In this document: in pieces, positions 55,898 through 64,000 of the stretch
Position numbering within the stretch: position 1 is the stretch's first letter
Layout of the letters: each line of letters opens with the position of its first letter
Assembly: GCA_038231275.1 (NCBI GenBank)
Contig: JBBRLQ010000003.1
Location: 300,340-364,339, forward strand
Reading direction: 5' to 3'
Origin: Polyangiales bacterium
Lineage (GTDB): Bacteria; Myxococcota_A; Polyangia; Polyangiales; Polyangiaceae
DNA length: 64,000 nucleotides
Notes under the pieces: model-generated
Told to the model about the DNA's origin: nothing
The model's database searches: none
Seen by the model: the letters and a program-made list of their open reading frames with translations, nothing else
Position numbers and translations under genes: made by a program

Positions 55898-57154
55898 ATG
55901 GACGCCGTCGGCACAGATCCGATCGCAGGGCTTGCGCTCGGGCTGACGGTCATCCTGGTCGCCGCCAAGACGGCGGGGCACGTCGCGATTCGCGTCGGCG
56001 CGCCGGCGGTGCTCGGAGAGCTCCTCGTCGGGATCGCGCTCGCCGCAGTTCCGGGCGTCCCGTTCCTGCACGCGATCGGACAGAGCCCCGAGATCGACAC
56101 GCTCTCGCGCCTCGGCGCGCTGCTGCTGGTCTTCGAGGTGGGCCTCGTGCTCACGGTGCGTGAAATTCTGGACGTCGGCGTGTCGTCGATCCTCGTCGCG
56201 GTAGTGGGCACGGCCGCTACGTTCGTCCTCGGATGGTCTTTGAGCGCGTGGCTCTTGAGCGGCCAGCCAAGCCACGTGCCCGTCTTCGTCGGCGCGGCGG
56301 TCACCGCCACGAGCATCGGCATCACGGCGCGCGTGCTCAAGGATCTGGGGCAGGCGCCAACGCGTGAGGCGCGGATCGTCCTCGGCGCCGCGGTGCTCGA
56401 CGACATCATCGGGCTTGTCGTGCTCACCGTCGTCAGTGGCTGGATCGCGAGCAAGACCGTCGGCGCGGCGGCGAGCGCGCCCTCGGTGGCCGTCGTCGTC
56501 GGCAAGAGCGTGGCGTTTCTTGGCCTGTCGATCGTGCTTGGAATGCGCCTCGCGCCGCGTCTCTTCGAGTGGGCCGCGCGTCTGCGGAGCGACGGCGCGC
56601 TCGTCGCGGTGGGCCTGGCGTTCTGCTTCGGCCTCTCGTGGGCGGCGAGCGTGATGGGCCTCGCCGCGATCATCGGCGCGTTCGCCGCGGGGCTGATCGT
56701 CGAGGAGTCGCACTCGCAGCGCTTCGTCGCGCGCGGCGAGCGCACGCTGGCGGTGCTCATCGAGCCGATCGCGTCGTTCCTCGTGCCGGTCTTCTTCGTC
56801 GTGATGGGGATGCGCACGCGCCTCGAGGTCTTTCGACAGCCCGCGGTGCTCGTCTTCGCGCTCGGGCTCACGCTCGCCGCCATCCTCGGAAAGCTCGGCG
56901 CCGGCCTGTCGGTGGGCAAGCGCGCGGACGGCCTCTCCATCGGCATCGGGATGATCCCGCGCGGCGAGGTGAGCCTCGTCTTCGCGAGCCTGGGGCTTTC
57001 GCTCGGCGCGATCGACTCCAGCATCTACTCGTCGCTCGTCGTCGTCGTGATCCTGACCACGCTCGTGACGCCCGCCATGCTCAAGTGGAGCCTCCGGCGC
57101 CGCCGCGACGCCGAGCTCTCCCGCGCGCCTACCTCACCGGGAAACGCAGCGTGA
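55898..57154 (+). CDS. cation:proton antiporter (CPA1/CPA2, Na+/H+ exchanger family) without KTN domain
   Basis: 418 aa, about 12 TM. LGELLVGIALA...SRLGALLLVFEVGL, the NhaP/KefB-type N-terminal motif. Confidence 0.75.
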   Translation: MDAVGTDPIAGLALGLTVILVAAKTAGHVAIRVGAPAVLGELLVGIALAAVPGVPFLHAIGQSPEIDTLSRLGALLLVFEVGLVLTVREILDVGVSSILVAVVGTAATFVLGWSLSAWLLSGQPSHVPVFVGAAVTATSIGITARVLKDLGQAPTREARIVLGAAVLDDIIGLVVLTVVSGWIASKTVGAAASAPSVAVVVGKSVAFLGLSIVLGMRLAPRLFEWAARLRSDGALVAVGLAFCFGLSWAASVMGLAAIIGAFAAGLIVEESHSQRFVARGERTLAVLIEPIASFLVPVFFVVMGMRTRLEVFRQPAVLVFALGLTLAAILGKLGAGLSVGKRADGLSIGIGMIPRGEVSLVFASLGLSLGAIDSSIYSSLVVVVILTTLVTPAMLKWSLRRRRDAELSRAPTSPGNAA

Positions 57155-57175
57155 CGGTGGTCGCGTGCTTCCCCT

Positions 57176-57343
57176 TTAGCGCATCCGAACGCGCCCTCGT
57201 GCGAGCGCACACGGCAAGAATACCAGCGCCATCGTCGCCAGCGTGTCGATCGCGCCGAAAGTCTGCCCACCGGACAGCGCCGTGAGGAGGTGAATGAAGC
57301 TCACGACCCACAAGACCGTGAACGGCATCACGAGATCGCGCAT
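57176..57343 (-). CDS. possible 55-aa small hydrophobic protein
   Basis: MRDLVMPFTVLWVVSFIHLLTALSGGQTFGAIDTLATMALVFLPCALARGRVRMR. GC3 about 84%. Sits in the convergent gap between the CPA gene and kdpE. Confidence 0.3.
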   Translation of the reverse strand: MRDLVMPFTVLWVVSFIHLLTALSGGQTFGAIDTLATMALVFLPCALARGRVRMR

Positions 57344-57448
57344 CCCGCCGCCGGAGCGTCGTCCGGAAGATTCAGGGGGGCTGGCGCTTCGACAATGTCC
57401 CACGCGTTGAAGCGTAGGAGCGGCCGCATCAAGAAGACGTAAAGGTGC

Positions 57449-58159
57449 TCACGCCTCGGTCTTGAACCGGTAGCCGACGCCCGGCTCGGTCGCGAGGTAC
57501 TTCGGACGCGCTGCGTCGTGCTCCAGCTTGTGGCGCAGCTGGGTCATGTAAACCCTTAGGTACTGCGTCTGCGTCGCGTACGACGGTCCCCACACTTCCT
57601 TCAAGAGCTGGCGGTGCGTGAGCACGCGCCCGGCGTTCTTCATGAGGTACGTCACGAGCTTGTACTCGATCGGTGTGAGGTGCACCTCCACCTCGGCGAG
57701 ATGAACCGACCGCTTGTCGAGGTCGAGCCTAATGTCGCCGACGACGATGACGGGCTCGGTCGTCGCCACGCCCGCACGCGCGGCGTGACGCAGCGCCACG
57801 CGAATGCGCGCCATCAGCTCGCCGGTTCCGAAGGGCTTCGTGAGGTAGTCGTCCGCGCCTTCGTCGAGCGCGCGCACTTTGTCCTCCTCCTGCCCACGCG
57901 CCGACACGACGATGATCGGCGCCTTCATCCACTCCCGCAGCTTGCGCGCGACCTCGAGCCCGTCCATGTCCGGCAGGCCGAGATCGAGCAGCACGAGCTC
58001 GGGGTTGTGTCCCTTGGCGAGCGTCAGCGCCTCCTCGCCCGACACGGCCTCGACGACGCGATACCCGTGGGTCGTGAGCGATGTCCGAAGAAACCTGCGC
58101 ATTTGCGCCTCGTCTTCGACCACCAAGAGGACTTGTTCGAGATCAGCCACGTCGTCCAC
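57449..58159 (-). CDS. kdpE: OmpR-family response regulator KdpE
   Basis: LLVVEDEAQMRRFL...LVLLDLGLPDMDG (receiver, Asp). C-terminal winged helix LTPIEYKLVTYLMKNAGRVLTHRQLL...GYRF. Confidence 0.85.
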   Translation of the reverse strand: MDDVADLEQVLLVVEDEAQMRRFLRTSLTTHGYRVVEAVSGEEALTLAKGHNPELVLLDLGLPDMDGLEVARKLREWMKAPIIVVSARGQEEDKVRALDEGADDYLTKPFGTGELMARIRVALRHAARAGVATTEPVIVVGDIRLDLDKRSVHLAEVEVHLTPIEYKLVTYLMKNAGRVLTHRQLLKEVWGPSYATQTQYLRVYMTQLRHKLEHDAARPKYLATEPGVGYRFKTEA

Positions 58160-58177
58160 TACCCGTGATCATCGTTC

Positions 58178-58195
58178 GCATAAAGAAAGCATAAA
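58178..58195. promoter_or_regulatory. direct repeat GCATAAA-N4-GCATAAA (11-bp period) in the kdpE/kup divergent intergenic region
   Basis: cGCATAAAgaaaGCATAAAattg is AT-rich within a 70% GC context. 11-bp spacing suits an OmpR/KdpE-family tandem half-site. Confidence 0.45.
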
Positions 58196-58256
58196 ATTGC
58201 ACCGACCTCGGCAAGATCGCCGAGCACGCTTCGCCGCGGTGGCAACGTTCCTTTCG

Positions 58257-60227
58257 ATGTCCACCGCGGCCCGAGCCTCGTCTCCAAGTATCGATGCAGC
58301 ACCTCACCCCGTCTCCGCCATGCGCGTGCTGGTGTGGGGCGCGCTTGGCGTCGTCTTCGGCGACATCGGCACGTCGCCGCTCTACGCGATGTCGGAGACC
58401 GTCTCGTCGCACCTGATGGCCATGCACGGCCTGAAGGAGAAGGTGACGATGAGCTTTGGCCAATACTATGGCCGTGACGAGGTGCTCGGCTGGACGTCGC
58501 TCTTCATCTGGGCGATCGCGCTCGTCGTCACCCTCAAGTACGTCGTGCTCATTATGCGCGCCGACAACGAGGGCGAAGGCGGCATGTTCTCCATCCTCGC
58601 CCTCCTCAAGTCGAAGGCGGCGAAGCTCTTCACGATGAAGGGGATGTCGGTCATCGTCGCGATGGCGGTGCTCGGCTCGGGGATGGTCCTCGGCGACGGA
58701 GTCATCACGCCGTCCTTGTCGATCATGTCGGCGTGGGAGGGGCTCGAGGTCGTGACCCACAGGTGGTCGCCGTACATTCCGTGGCTGTCGGTCGTGACGC
58801 TGATCGCGCTGTTCGGCATCCAGCGCTTTGGGACGCATCGTGTCGGCGCCGTCTTCGCGCCGGCGATGGGGATGTGGTTTTTGACCCTCGCCGTGATGGG
58901 CGCGTACTCCTTCTCGAAGCACCCGGAGATCATCGCGGCCATCAACCCGATGCACGCCGCCGCGTACATCGTGAAGTTCCCGAAGGCGACGCTCTACGTC
59001 ATCGGCTCGGTCGACCTCTGCATCACCGGCTGCGAGGCGCTCTTCGCGGACATGGGCCACTTCAGCCGGCCCGCCGTGCGCCGCGCCTGGTATTGGGTCG
59101 TCTGGCCCGCGCTCATCTTGAACTACCTCGGCCAGGGCTCGCGCATGCTCGACCCCACGCCGATCGTCGACGGCAACGTGTTCTACGCGCTCGTCCCGTC
59201 GTCGCCGGGGTTCGTGTACCCGCTCGTCATCATCAGCTGGCTCGCCACCGTCATCGCCAGCCAGGCCCTCATCTCCGGCGCCTTCTCGCTCGTGAACCAG
59301 GCGATGCAGCTCGGCCTGTGCCCGCGCGTCAGCGTCGTGCACACGAACAAGGAGATGGAGGGGCAGATTTACATCCCCGAGGTGAACTGGATTTACCTCG
59401 CGCTCTGCATCGGGCTGGTGCTGCTCTTCAAGAGCTCGCACGCGCTCGCGCCGGCGTACGGTCTCGCGGTCACCGGCACGATGGCCTTCACGACGATCCT
59501 CTTTTACATGGTGGCCACGCGCGTCTGGAAGTGGAACCCCATCGCCATCGGCGCGGCGTGCACGGGCCTCATCCTCGTCGACATCGCGTTCTTCCTCAGC
59601 AACGCGACGCAGTTTTTCGCGGGCGGCTACATCACGATCCTGATCGCGATCGCGACCGCCTTCATCTTTCTCACGTGGCGCAAGGGGCGCGCCGCGCTCG
59701 CCGAGGTGCTGCAAAACGCGGCGCTCCCGATGGATCTCTTTCTCTCGAGCATCCACGAAGAGAAACCCCATCGCGTGAAAGGCACCGCGGTCTTCATGAC
59801 GAGCAACGTCGGAGTCCCGCACTCGCTCGTTCACTATTTCAAGCACTCAAAGACGCTGCACGAGAACATCCTCTTCCTCACCGTGCAGACCAAGCACGTC
59901 CCCGAGGTGAAGGAGTCCGAGCGCATCGACGAGGTGATCGACTACGGCGACGGTCTGCACGGCGCGAAGGTCGTCTACGGCTTCATGGAGACGCCGGACA
60001 TCCCAAAAATCCTCGGCGCGATGAACGCGCACGGCGTGAAGGTGGACGCGCGCGACGTTTCGTATTTCCTCGGGCGCGAGTCGCTGGTCTTCACCGGCAA
60101 ATCCAAGATGAGCCTCCCCCGCAAGGTGTTCTTCAAGATGCTTAGCCAGAACGCCGTCGCGGCATCGGCCTTCTTCAAGCTGCCCCCGGGGCGCGTCGTC
60201 GAGCTTGGCATCCAAGTCGAGATCTGA
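58257..60227 (+). CDS. kup: Kup/HAK/KT family K+ uptake transporter
   Basis: VLVWGALGVVFGDIGTSPLYA and LKYVVLIMRADNEGEGGMFSILAL, the Kup N-terminal signature. 12 TM. Cytosolic C-terminal domain. Confidence 0.85.
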   Translation: MSTAARASSPSIDAAPHPVSAMRVLVWGALGVVFGDIGTSPLYAMSETVSSHLMAMHGLKEKVTMSFGQYYGRDEVLGWTSLFIWAIALVVTLKYVVLIMRADNEGEGGMFSILALLKSKAAKLFTMKGMSVIVAMAVLGSGMVLGDGVITPSLSIMSAWEGLEVVTHRWSPYIPWLSVVTLIALFGIQRFGTHRVGAVFAPAMGMWFLTLAVMGAYSFSKHPEIIAAINPMHAAAYIVKFPKATLYVIGSVDLCITGCEALFADMGHFSRPAVRRAWYWVVWPALILNYLGQGSRMLDPTPIVDGNVFYALVPSSPGFVYPLVIISWLATVIASQALISGAFSLVNQAMQLGLCPRVSVVHTNKEMEGQIYIPEVNWIYLALCIGLVLLFKSSHALAPAYGLAVTGTMAFTTILFYMVATRVWKWNPIAIGAACTGLILVDIAFFLSNATQFFAGGYITILIAIATAFIFLTWRKGRAALAEVLQNAALPMDLFLSSIHEEKPHRVKGTAVFMTSNVGVPHSLVHYFKHSKTLHENILFLTVQTKHVPEVKESERIDEVIDYGDGLHGAKVVYGFMETPDIPKILGAMNAHGVKVDARDVSYFLGRESLVFTGKSKMSLPRKVFFKMLSQNAVAASAFFKLPPGRVVELGIQVEI

Positions 60228-60262
60228 CCGAGAAATCTGGGCTGTGCGTCGCCGGGCGGTGT

Positions 60263-62857
60263 TTGCCGTATACTTCGGCCGACATGCCCGACGACATGCC
60301 CCCGGTGATCCAGACCCTCGAGCGCGCGATCGCCGACGCGAGCGGCTCGGTCGATCCCACGAGCGACGCCGCGGACGAGCACGCGCGCGCGCTGAAAGAT
60401 CTCGGCGTGCGCGCGCGGAAGCTCGCGGGCGCGTGGGGGAGGCCTCCGTGCCTGGGATTCTTCGGTCCGTCGCAGGCGGGAAAATCGTTCCTCGTCGGCG
60501 CGCTGCTCTCGCACGAGCTCGGCTCGCTCGAGGTGCAGTGTCCGTCGCGCGTGCTCGATTTTTTGAAGGAGATCAATCCGGCGAAGGGCGTCGAGTCGAC
60601 AGGCGTGGTCACGCGCTTCTCCACGCAACCGCCGACGGGGCAAAAGGCGCTGACGCACGGCGACTTTCATTGCCAGCTTCTCTCGCTCGAGCTCGTCCTC
60701 GAGTCGCTCGCGACGGGCTTCCTCGTCGAGTGCACGTCACCGGCCGTCGATCCCGAGCGGGTAGAGAAGTGCCTGCGCGACGCACGTCTCCAGGCCGGCC
60801 CCGCGGCCCCCGCCGTCTACCTCGAGGCCTGGGAAAACGTCTGGCACGATCTCAACAAGAAGTACCAAGACCGCCACCCGTACCTGAACGATCTGCGCCG
60901 GCAGCGCGCGATCGTCGACGGCGCGTGGATGAAGGAGGTGAAGACGGCGTCTGGATGGCTCCTCGTCTTCTCGCTCTTGTGGGGCGGCCCCGGACACGCC
61001 GCCGATCTCGACGCGGTGCTTCGTCTCCTCGTTCAAGGTCTCGACGCCGTCGGCCACGCGCGCACCGTCGAGGTCGGCCTCGAGCACGTGCGCGCCTCCA
61101 CTGGCGGCGTGAGCGTCATCGACGCGGGGTGTCTCAACTCGCTCGGCTCCGGCAAGACGCCGGTGCGTGTCTTCGCGCAAGACGGCGCGTCTCCCGGCCG
61201 CGAGGTCGCCGTCGAGCCGGGAGTCCTCTCCGCGCTCATCGCCGAGATCCGTTTGCCCCTGAAGCCCGTCGCCGGGTCGCTCCTCGACAAGGTCGATATC
61301 CTGGATTTCCCCGGGGGTCGCGCGCTCAAGGGCATCAACGGCTTCGGCCGCGCCGAGCTGAACACGAACAAGCTCGAGAACGCCGTCGAGGTCTACAAGC
61401 GCGGCAAGCTCACGTTCCTCTTCGAGCAGTTCTCGCTCGATCGCGAGATCACCGCGCTCTGCCTCTGCTCGCCAGGCCCGACGAAGCCCGAGGCCGTGCA
61501 GCTCCAGTCGCAGGTCGAGAGCTGGATCCAGACGCGCTACGGCGCCCCGTCGCCGACCTCGCCTCAGGAGGTCGACGATCCGAGCCTTTTCATCGCGCTC
61601 ACGAAATACGACATGAGCCTCGGCGCGCTCCGCAGCGACAACGCGAAGGATCGCTGGGACTCGCGCGTGCAGGAAGCGTGCGTCGACTTCTGGGCGAAGA
61701 GCGGCAACTCGTGGATCACCAACTGGGGCGCCCGCGGCGCGCCGTTCGCGAACATGTTCTGGATCCGCAACCCGTACGCCGATCAGATGCAGAGCCTGAA
61801 ACCCGGCACGCCGGACTACGGGACGATCAAGAACGGCTACATGGAGTCGCGCGCGGTGCAGCGGCACCTCAAGTCGTTCGCCGACAAGTGGACCGCGGTC
61901 GAAGGCGACGACGAGGCCGCGAAGCTCCCGAAGAGCGGCGTGCCCCTCCTCGCGCAGAGCCTCCGGCGCAAGCTCAGCGAGGACGTGAAGGCCGCCGAGC
62001 TTCGCGCCGAAGCGAGGGCCATCCGCGCCGAGCTCCTCACCGTGCTCAAGGCGATGACCCCGTCGAAGGACGCGGCCGAAGAACGCGCGCGCATCCTGGA
62101 GAGCGCGCAGGCGCTGGTCGGCGCGGTCGGCAAGGAGATGAGCCGCAAGTGCAGCGGCGCCGTCTTCGGCGACTTGTTCCGCGAGATCGTACCGGCCGAG
62201 CAGGAGATCGAGCACGAGGTCCGCAAGGCCTACGGAGCCGTCGCGGCGATGTCGATCAAGACGAGCGACAAGGTGAAGAAGGTCCTCGTCCACATCCTCA
62301 AGTGGTGGGTCGCCGAGGGCGTCGCGCGCGTTCGCCGCAGCCAGCTCCAGATCCCGGCGTCGCTGGTCGACGTCTTCGTGCGCGAGGTGTGCACGTCGAA
62401 GCTCCTCCTGCCGGTGCTCGGTAACGCGATTTACCCCTATTTTTCTCGTAACGTCGTCGACACGAGCATCGTCGCGACGATCATCCAAGTGAAGGTCAGC
62501 GACGCGATGCTCGCGCTCTTCTCCGCCGGCGAGCGCCAGACGCCGCAGATCCCCGCGCGCCTCTCGTACTCCGAGAGCACGGGCACCGGTACCGCAACGT
62601 CCGGCGCGCTGGAGACGGGCGCGATCGACTGGAGCAACGTCGACTTCGAGGAGGATCCGACCAAGAGCGAGCGCCTCTCGAGCGTCGAGCTGGTGTTCGC
62701 GGGGAGCCGTCACTGGCGGCGCTGGAGCGGCGGGCTCGGCGACTTCTATTTGAAGAGCCGCGGTGGCCAGGCCAAGGTCGCGCCCGACGATCCGCGCGTG
62801 CAGCGCCTCGTGGCGGTGCTGCACGAGGTGGAGAAGGTGCATGTCGCGCCCGCATGA
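60263..62857 (+). CDS. large P-loop NTPase (GTPase-like G1/G3 motifs), possibly SrfC-like
   Basis: 864 aa. LGFFGPSQAGKSFLVGALL (Walker A / G1 GxxxxGKS). KVDILDFPGGRA (DxxG, dynamin-like DxPG). Long alpha-helical C-terminal region. No signal peptide. Confidence 0.5.
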   Translation: MPYTSADMPDDMPPVIQTLERAIADASGSVDPTSDAADEHARALKDLGVRARKLAGAWGRPPCLGFFGPSQAGKSFLVGALLSHELGSLEVQCPSRVLDFLKEINPAKGVESTGVVTRFSTQPPTGQKALTHGDFHCQLLSLELVLESLATGFLVECTSPAVDPERVEKCLRDARLQAGPAAPAVYLEAWENVWHDLNKKYQDRHPYLNDLRRQRAIVDGAWMKEVKTASGWLLVFSLLWGGPGHAADLDAVLRLLVQGLDAVGHARTVEVGLEHVRASTGGVSVIDAGCLNSLGSGKTPVRVFAQDGASPGREVAVEPGVLSALIAEIRLPLKPVAGSLLDKVDILDFPGGRALKGINGFGRAELNTNKLENAVEVYKRGKLTFLFEQFSLDREITALCLCSPGPTKPEAVQLQSQVESWIQTRYGAPSPTSPQEVDDPSLFIALTKYDMSLGALRSDNAKDRWDSRVQEACVDFWAKSGNSWITNWGARGAPFANMFWIRNPYADQMQSLKPGTPDYGTIKNGYMESRAVQRHLKSFADKWTAVEGDDEAAKLPKSGVPLLAQSLRRKLSEDVKAAELRAEARAIRAELLTVLKAMTPSKDAAEERARILESAQALVGAVGKEMSRKCSGAVFGDLFREIVPAEQEIEHEVRKAYGAVAAMSIKTSDKVKKVLVHILKWWVAEGVARVRRSQLQIPASLVDVFVREVCTSKLLLPVLGNAIYPYFSRNVVDTSIVATIIQVKVSDAMLALFSAGERQTPQIPARLSYSESTGTGTATSGALETGAIDWSNVDFEEDPTKSERLSSVELVFAGSRHWRRWSGGLGDFYLKSRGGQAKVAPDDPRVQRLVAVLHEVEKVHVAPA

Positions 62858-63956
62858 GGACGCGGCGACCCCTTCCGCCGACGCGGAGGGCCTGCCGTCG
62901 ATCGACGAGCTCGCGGCGGCCGGCGACACCGAGAAGCTCCTCGAGCTCGCGAAGGGCTACCGCACCACGCGCGATCTGAAGGCGTGCCTCGCGTGCTACG
63001 AGGCGGCGGCGAAGCTGGGGAGCGCGGAGGCCGAGCACGCGGTGGGGCTCTTCCTCCTCTCGGGCGGCGTCGTGCCGAAGGACGAAAAACAGGCGGCATC
63101 CCTCTTCCGAAGCGCCGCCGACAAAGGGCACCTCCCTTCGCGCGTCTACGTCGCGAACCTCTACGAGCTGGGCCTGCACTACAAGCAAGACGCCGCGAAA
63201 GCCGACGTCTGGTACAGGAACGCCGCCCGCACCGCGCAGATCACCGAGGAGCCGGACAGCTACGGCTACGCGTACGAGATGGCCGAGCTCGGCTGCGTCC
63301 GCTACTGCCTCAAGGTCATCGCCGATCCAGAGACGACCGACGACGATCGCGTGCATTTTGCACGCAAAGCGAAGGCCTACGGATACCGCGAAAAAGGGCG
63401 GGAAACGGCGCCGCCGCCCGAGCCAGTCGCCACACTCGACGACACGATCACCAAGCCCGAGCGCCCCCCGCAAGCGAAGCCGAGCACGCCGCCCGCGGCC
63501 GACGAAAAAGAGACGGCGCCGAAAAAAGAGAAGACGAAGAGCGCGGCCTCCTCGTCGCTCACGATCGGCGCGGGGCTCGTCGCGTTCCTATGGGCAACGC
63601 TGCTCGTGGGCGCGGCGGTCGGCGCCGGGTATCTCGGCCTCGAAGGCGTGCGCCTCCTCGTCGCCAAGTACGGTCCGATCCTCGGCGCGCACGAAGAGCG
63701 CATCGTCCTCGGCGTCGCGGCGGGGCTCGCCGTGCTTGGGGCGCTCATGGTCTACACCTTCAAGAGCGTCTTCCAGGCGACCCTCGCCGCCGCGCTCTTC
63801 GCGGGGCTCGGGTGGTTCGTCTGGCGCGCCCCCAACCTCCACCTTTTTCACCTCCAGATCGCCCAGGCCATCGCCTTCGGGATCGCGGGATTTCTCGCGG
63901 CGTTGCTCCTCAAAGGCCTCGGCGGGGGCGCGAAACGACGGAACGATCGTCGGTAG
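62840..63956 (+). CDS. Sel1-like/TPR repeat protein with C-terminal multi-TM anchor
   Basis: AEAEHAVGLFLLSGGVVPKDEKQAASLFRSAADKGHLPSRVYVANLYELGL (Sel1 repeats). C-terminal hydrophobic helices. Start overlaps the upstream gene by 18 nt. Confidence 0.6.
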
Positions 63957-64000
63957 ATCGCACTTTTTCCAAATCCGCGCGAAGATGGACGCCGGATGCA

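Noticed and set aside
55436-57024. Minus ORFs 55436..56713 and 55888..57024
   Set aside because: Antisense to the PAS and CPA antiporter genes. Arg/Asp/His- or Ser/Thr/Ala-rich low complexity.
60737-62929. 730-aa minus ORF
   Set aside because: Antisense to the P-loop GTPase-like gene. R/E/L/A/D-rich.
1-64000. Mobile elements, integrases, tRNA/rRNA genes
   Set aside because: No transposase/integrase-like translations, no inverted terminal repeats, no clover-leaf-like conserved tRNA segments seen. The window appears to be contiguous core/accessory chromosome.

Overview
This is a 64 kb, roughly 70% GC, gene-dense bacterial chromosomal segment; I count about 55 protein-coding genes, most tightly packed with 1- or 4-nt start/stop overlaps (GTGA / ATGA). 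I found no rRNA, tRNA, CRISPR array, transposase or integrase. The content looks myxobacterial (Myxococcota-like): many lipobox lipoproteins, a Ser/Thr kinase fused to an FGE-sulfatase domain, ECF sigma factors, and an ElbD-like lipid megasynthase. Supported genes, in order: a TetR regulator, a penicillin-amidase-family acylase, a three-domain LigD co-transcribed with an SDR and an MFS transporter, argS, a vapBC toxin-antitoxin pair, panE, and a DUF899 protein. A five-gene minus-strand lipid operon runs HAD hydrolase, LarA-like protein, 1546-aa ElbD-like enzyme, epimerase, lipid kinase. The ElbD-like enzyme has the domain order FAR / acyl-AMP ligase / ACP / AGPAT / SCP2. A second PlsC, a DnaJ-TPR protein with an 18-bp tandem repeat, an orphan DNA-methylase-like gene and a VWA lipoprotein follow. 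A roughly 10 kb co-directional block then runs TPR-lipoprotein, RCC1-lipoprotein, a 926-aa SrfB-like actin-fold ATPase, a 206-aa protein, an ECF sigma, a Ser/Thr kinase-FGE fusion, a 118-aa protein and a clostripain-like C11 peptidase. This block is my best candidate for an undescribed multi-component system. A second ECF sigma sits at its distal end. Further on are kdpD and kdpE split by a 4.9 kb insert (outer-membrane beta-barrel, Cys-rich secreted peptide, small lipoproteins, PAS protein, CPA antiporter) with no kdpFABC nearby. kdpE lies divergent from kup, and a GCATAAA-N4-GCATAAA direct repeat sits between them. The window ends with an 864-aa P-loop GTPase-like (SrfC-like) protein and a Sel1-repeat membrane protein. 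All calls are from reading the translations and motifs by eye; I ran no searches.
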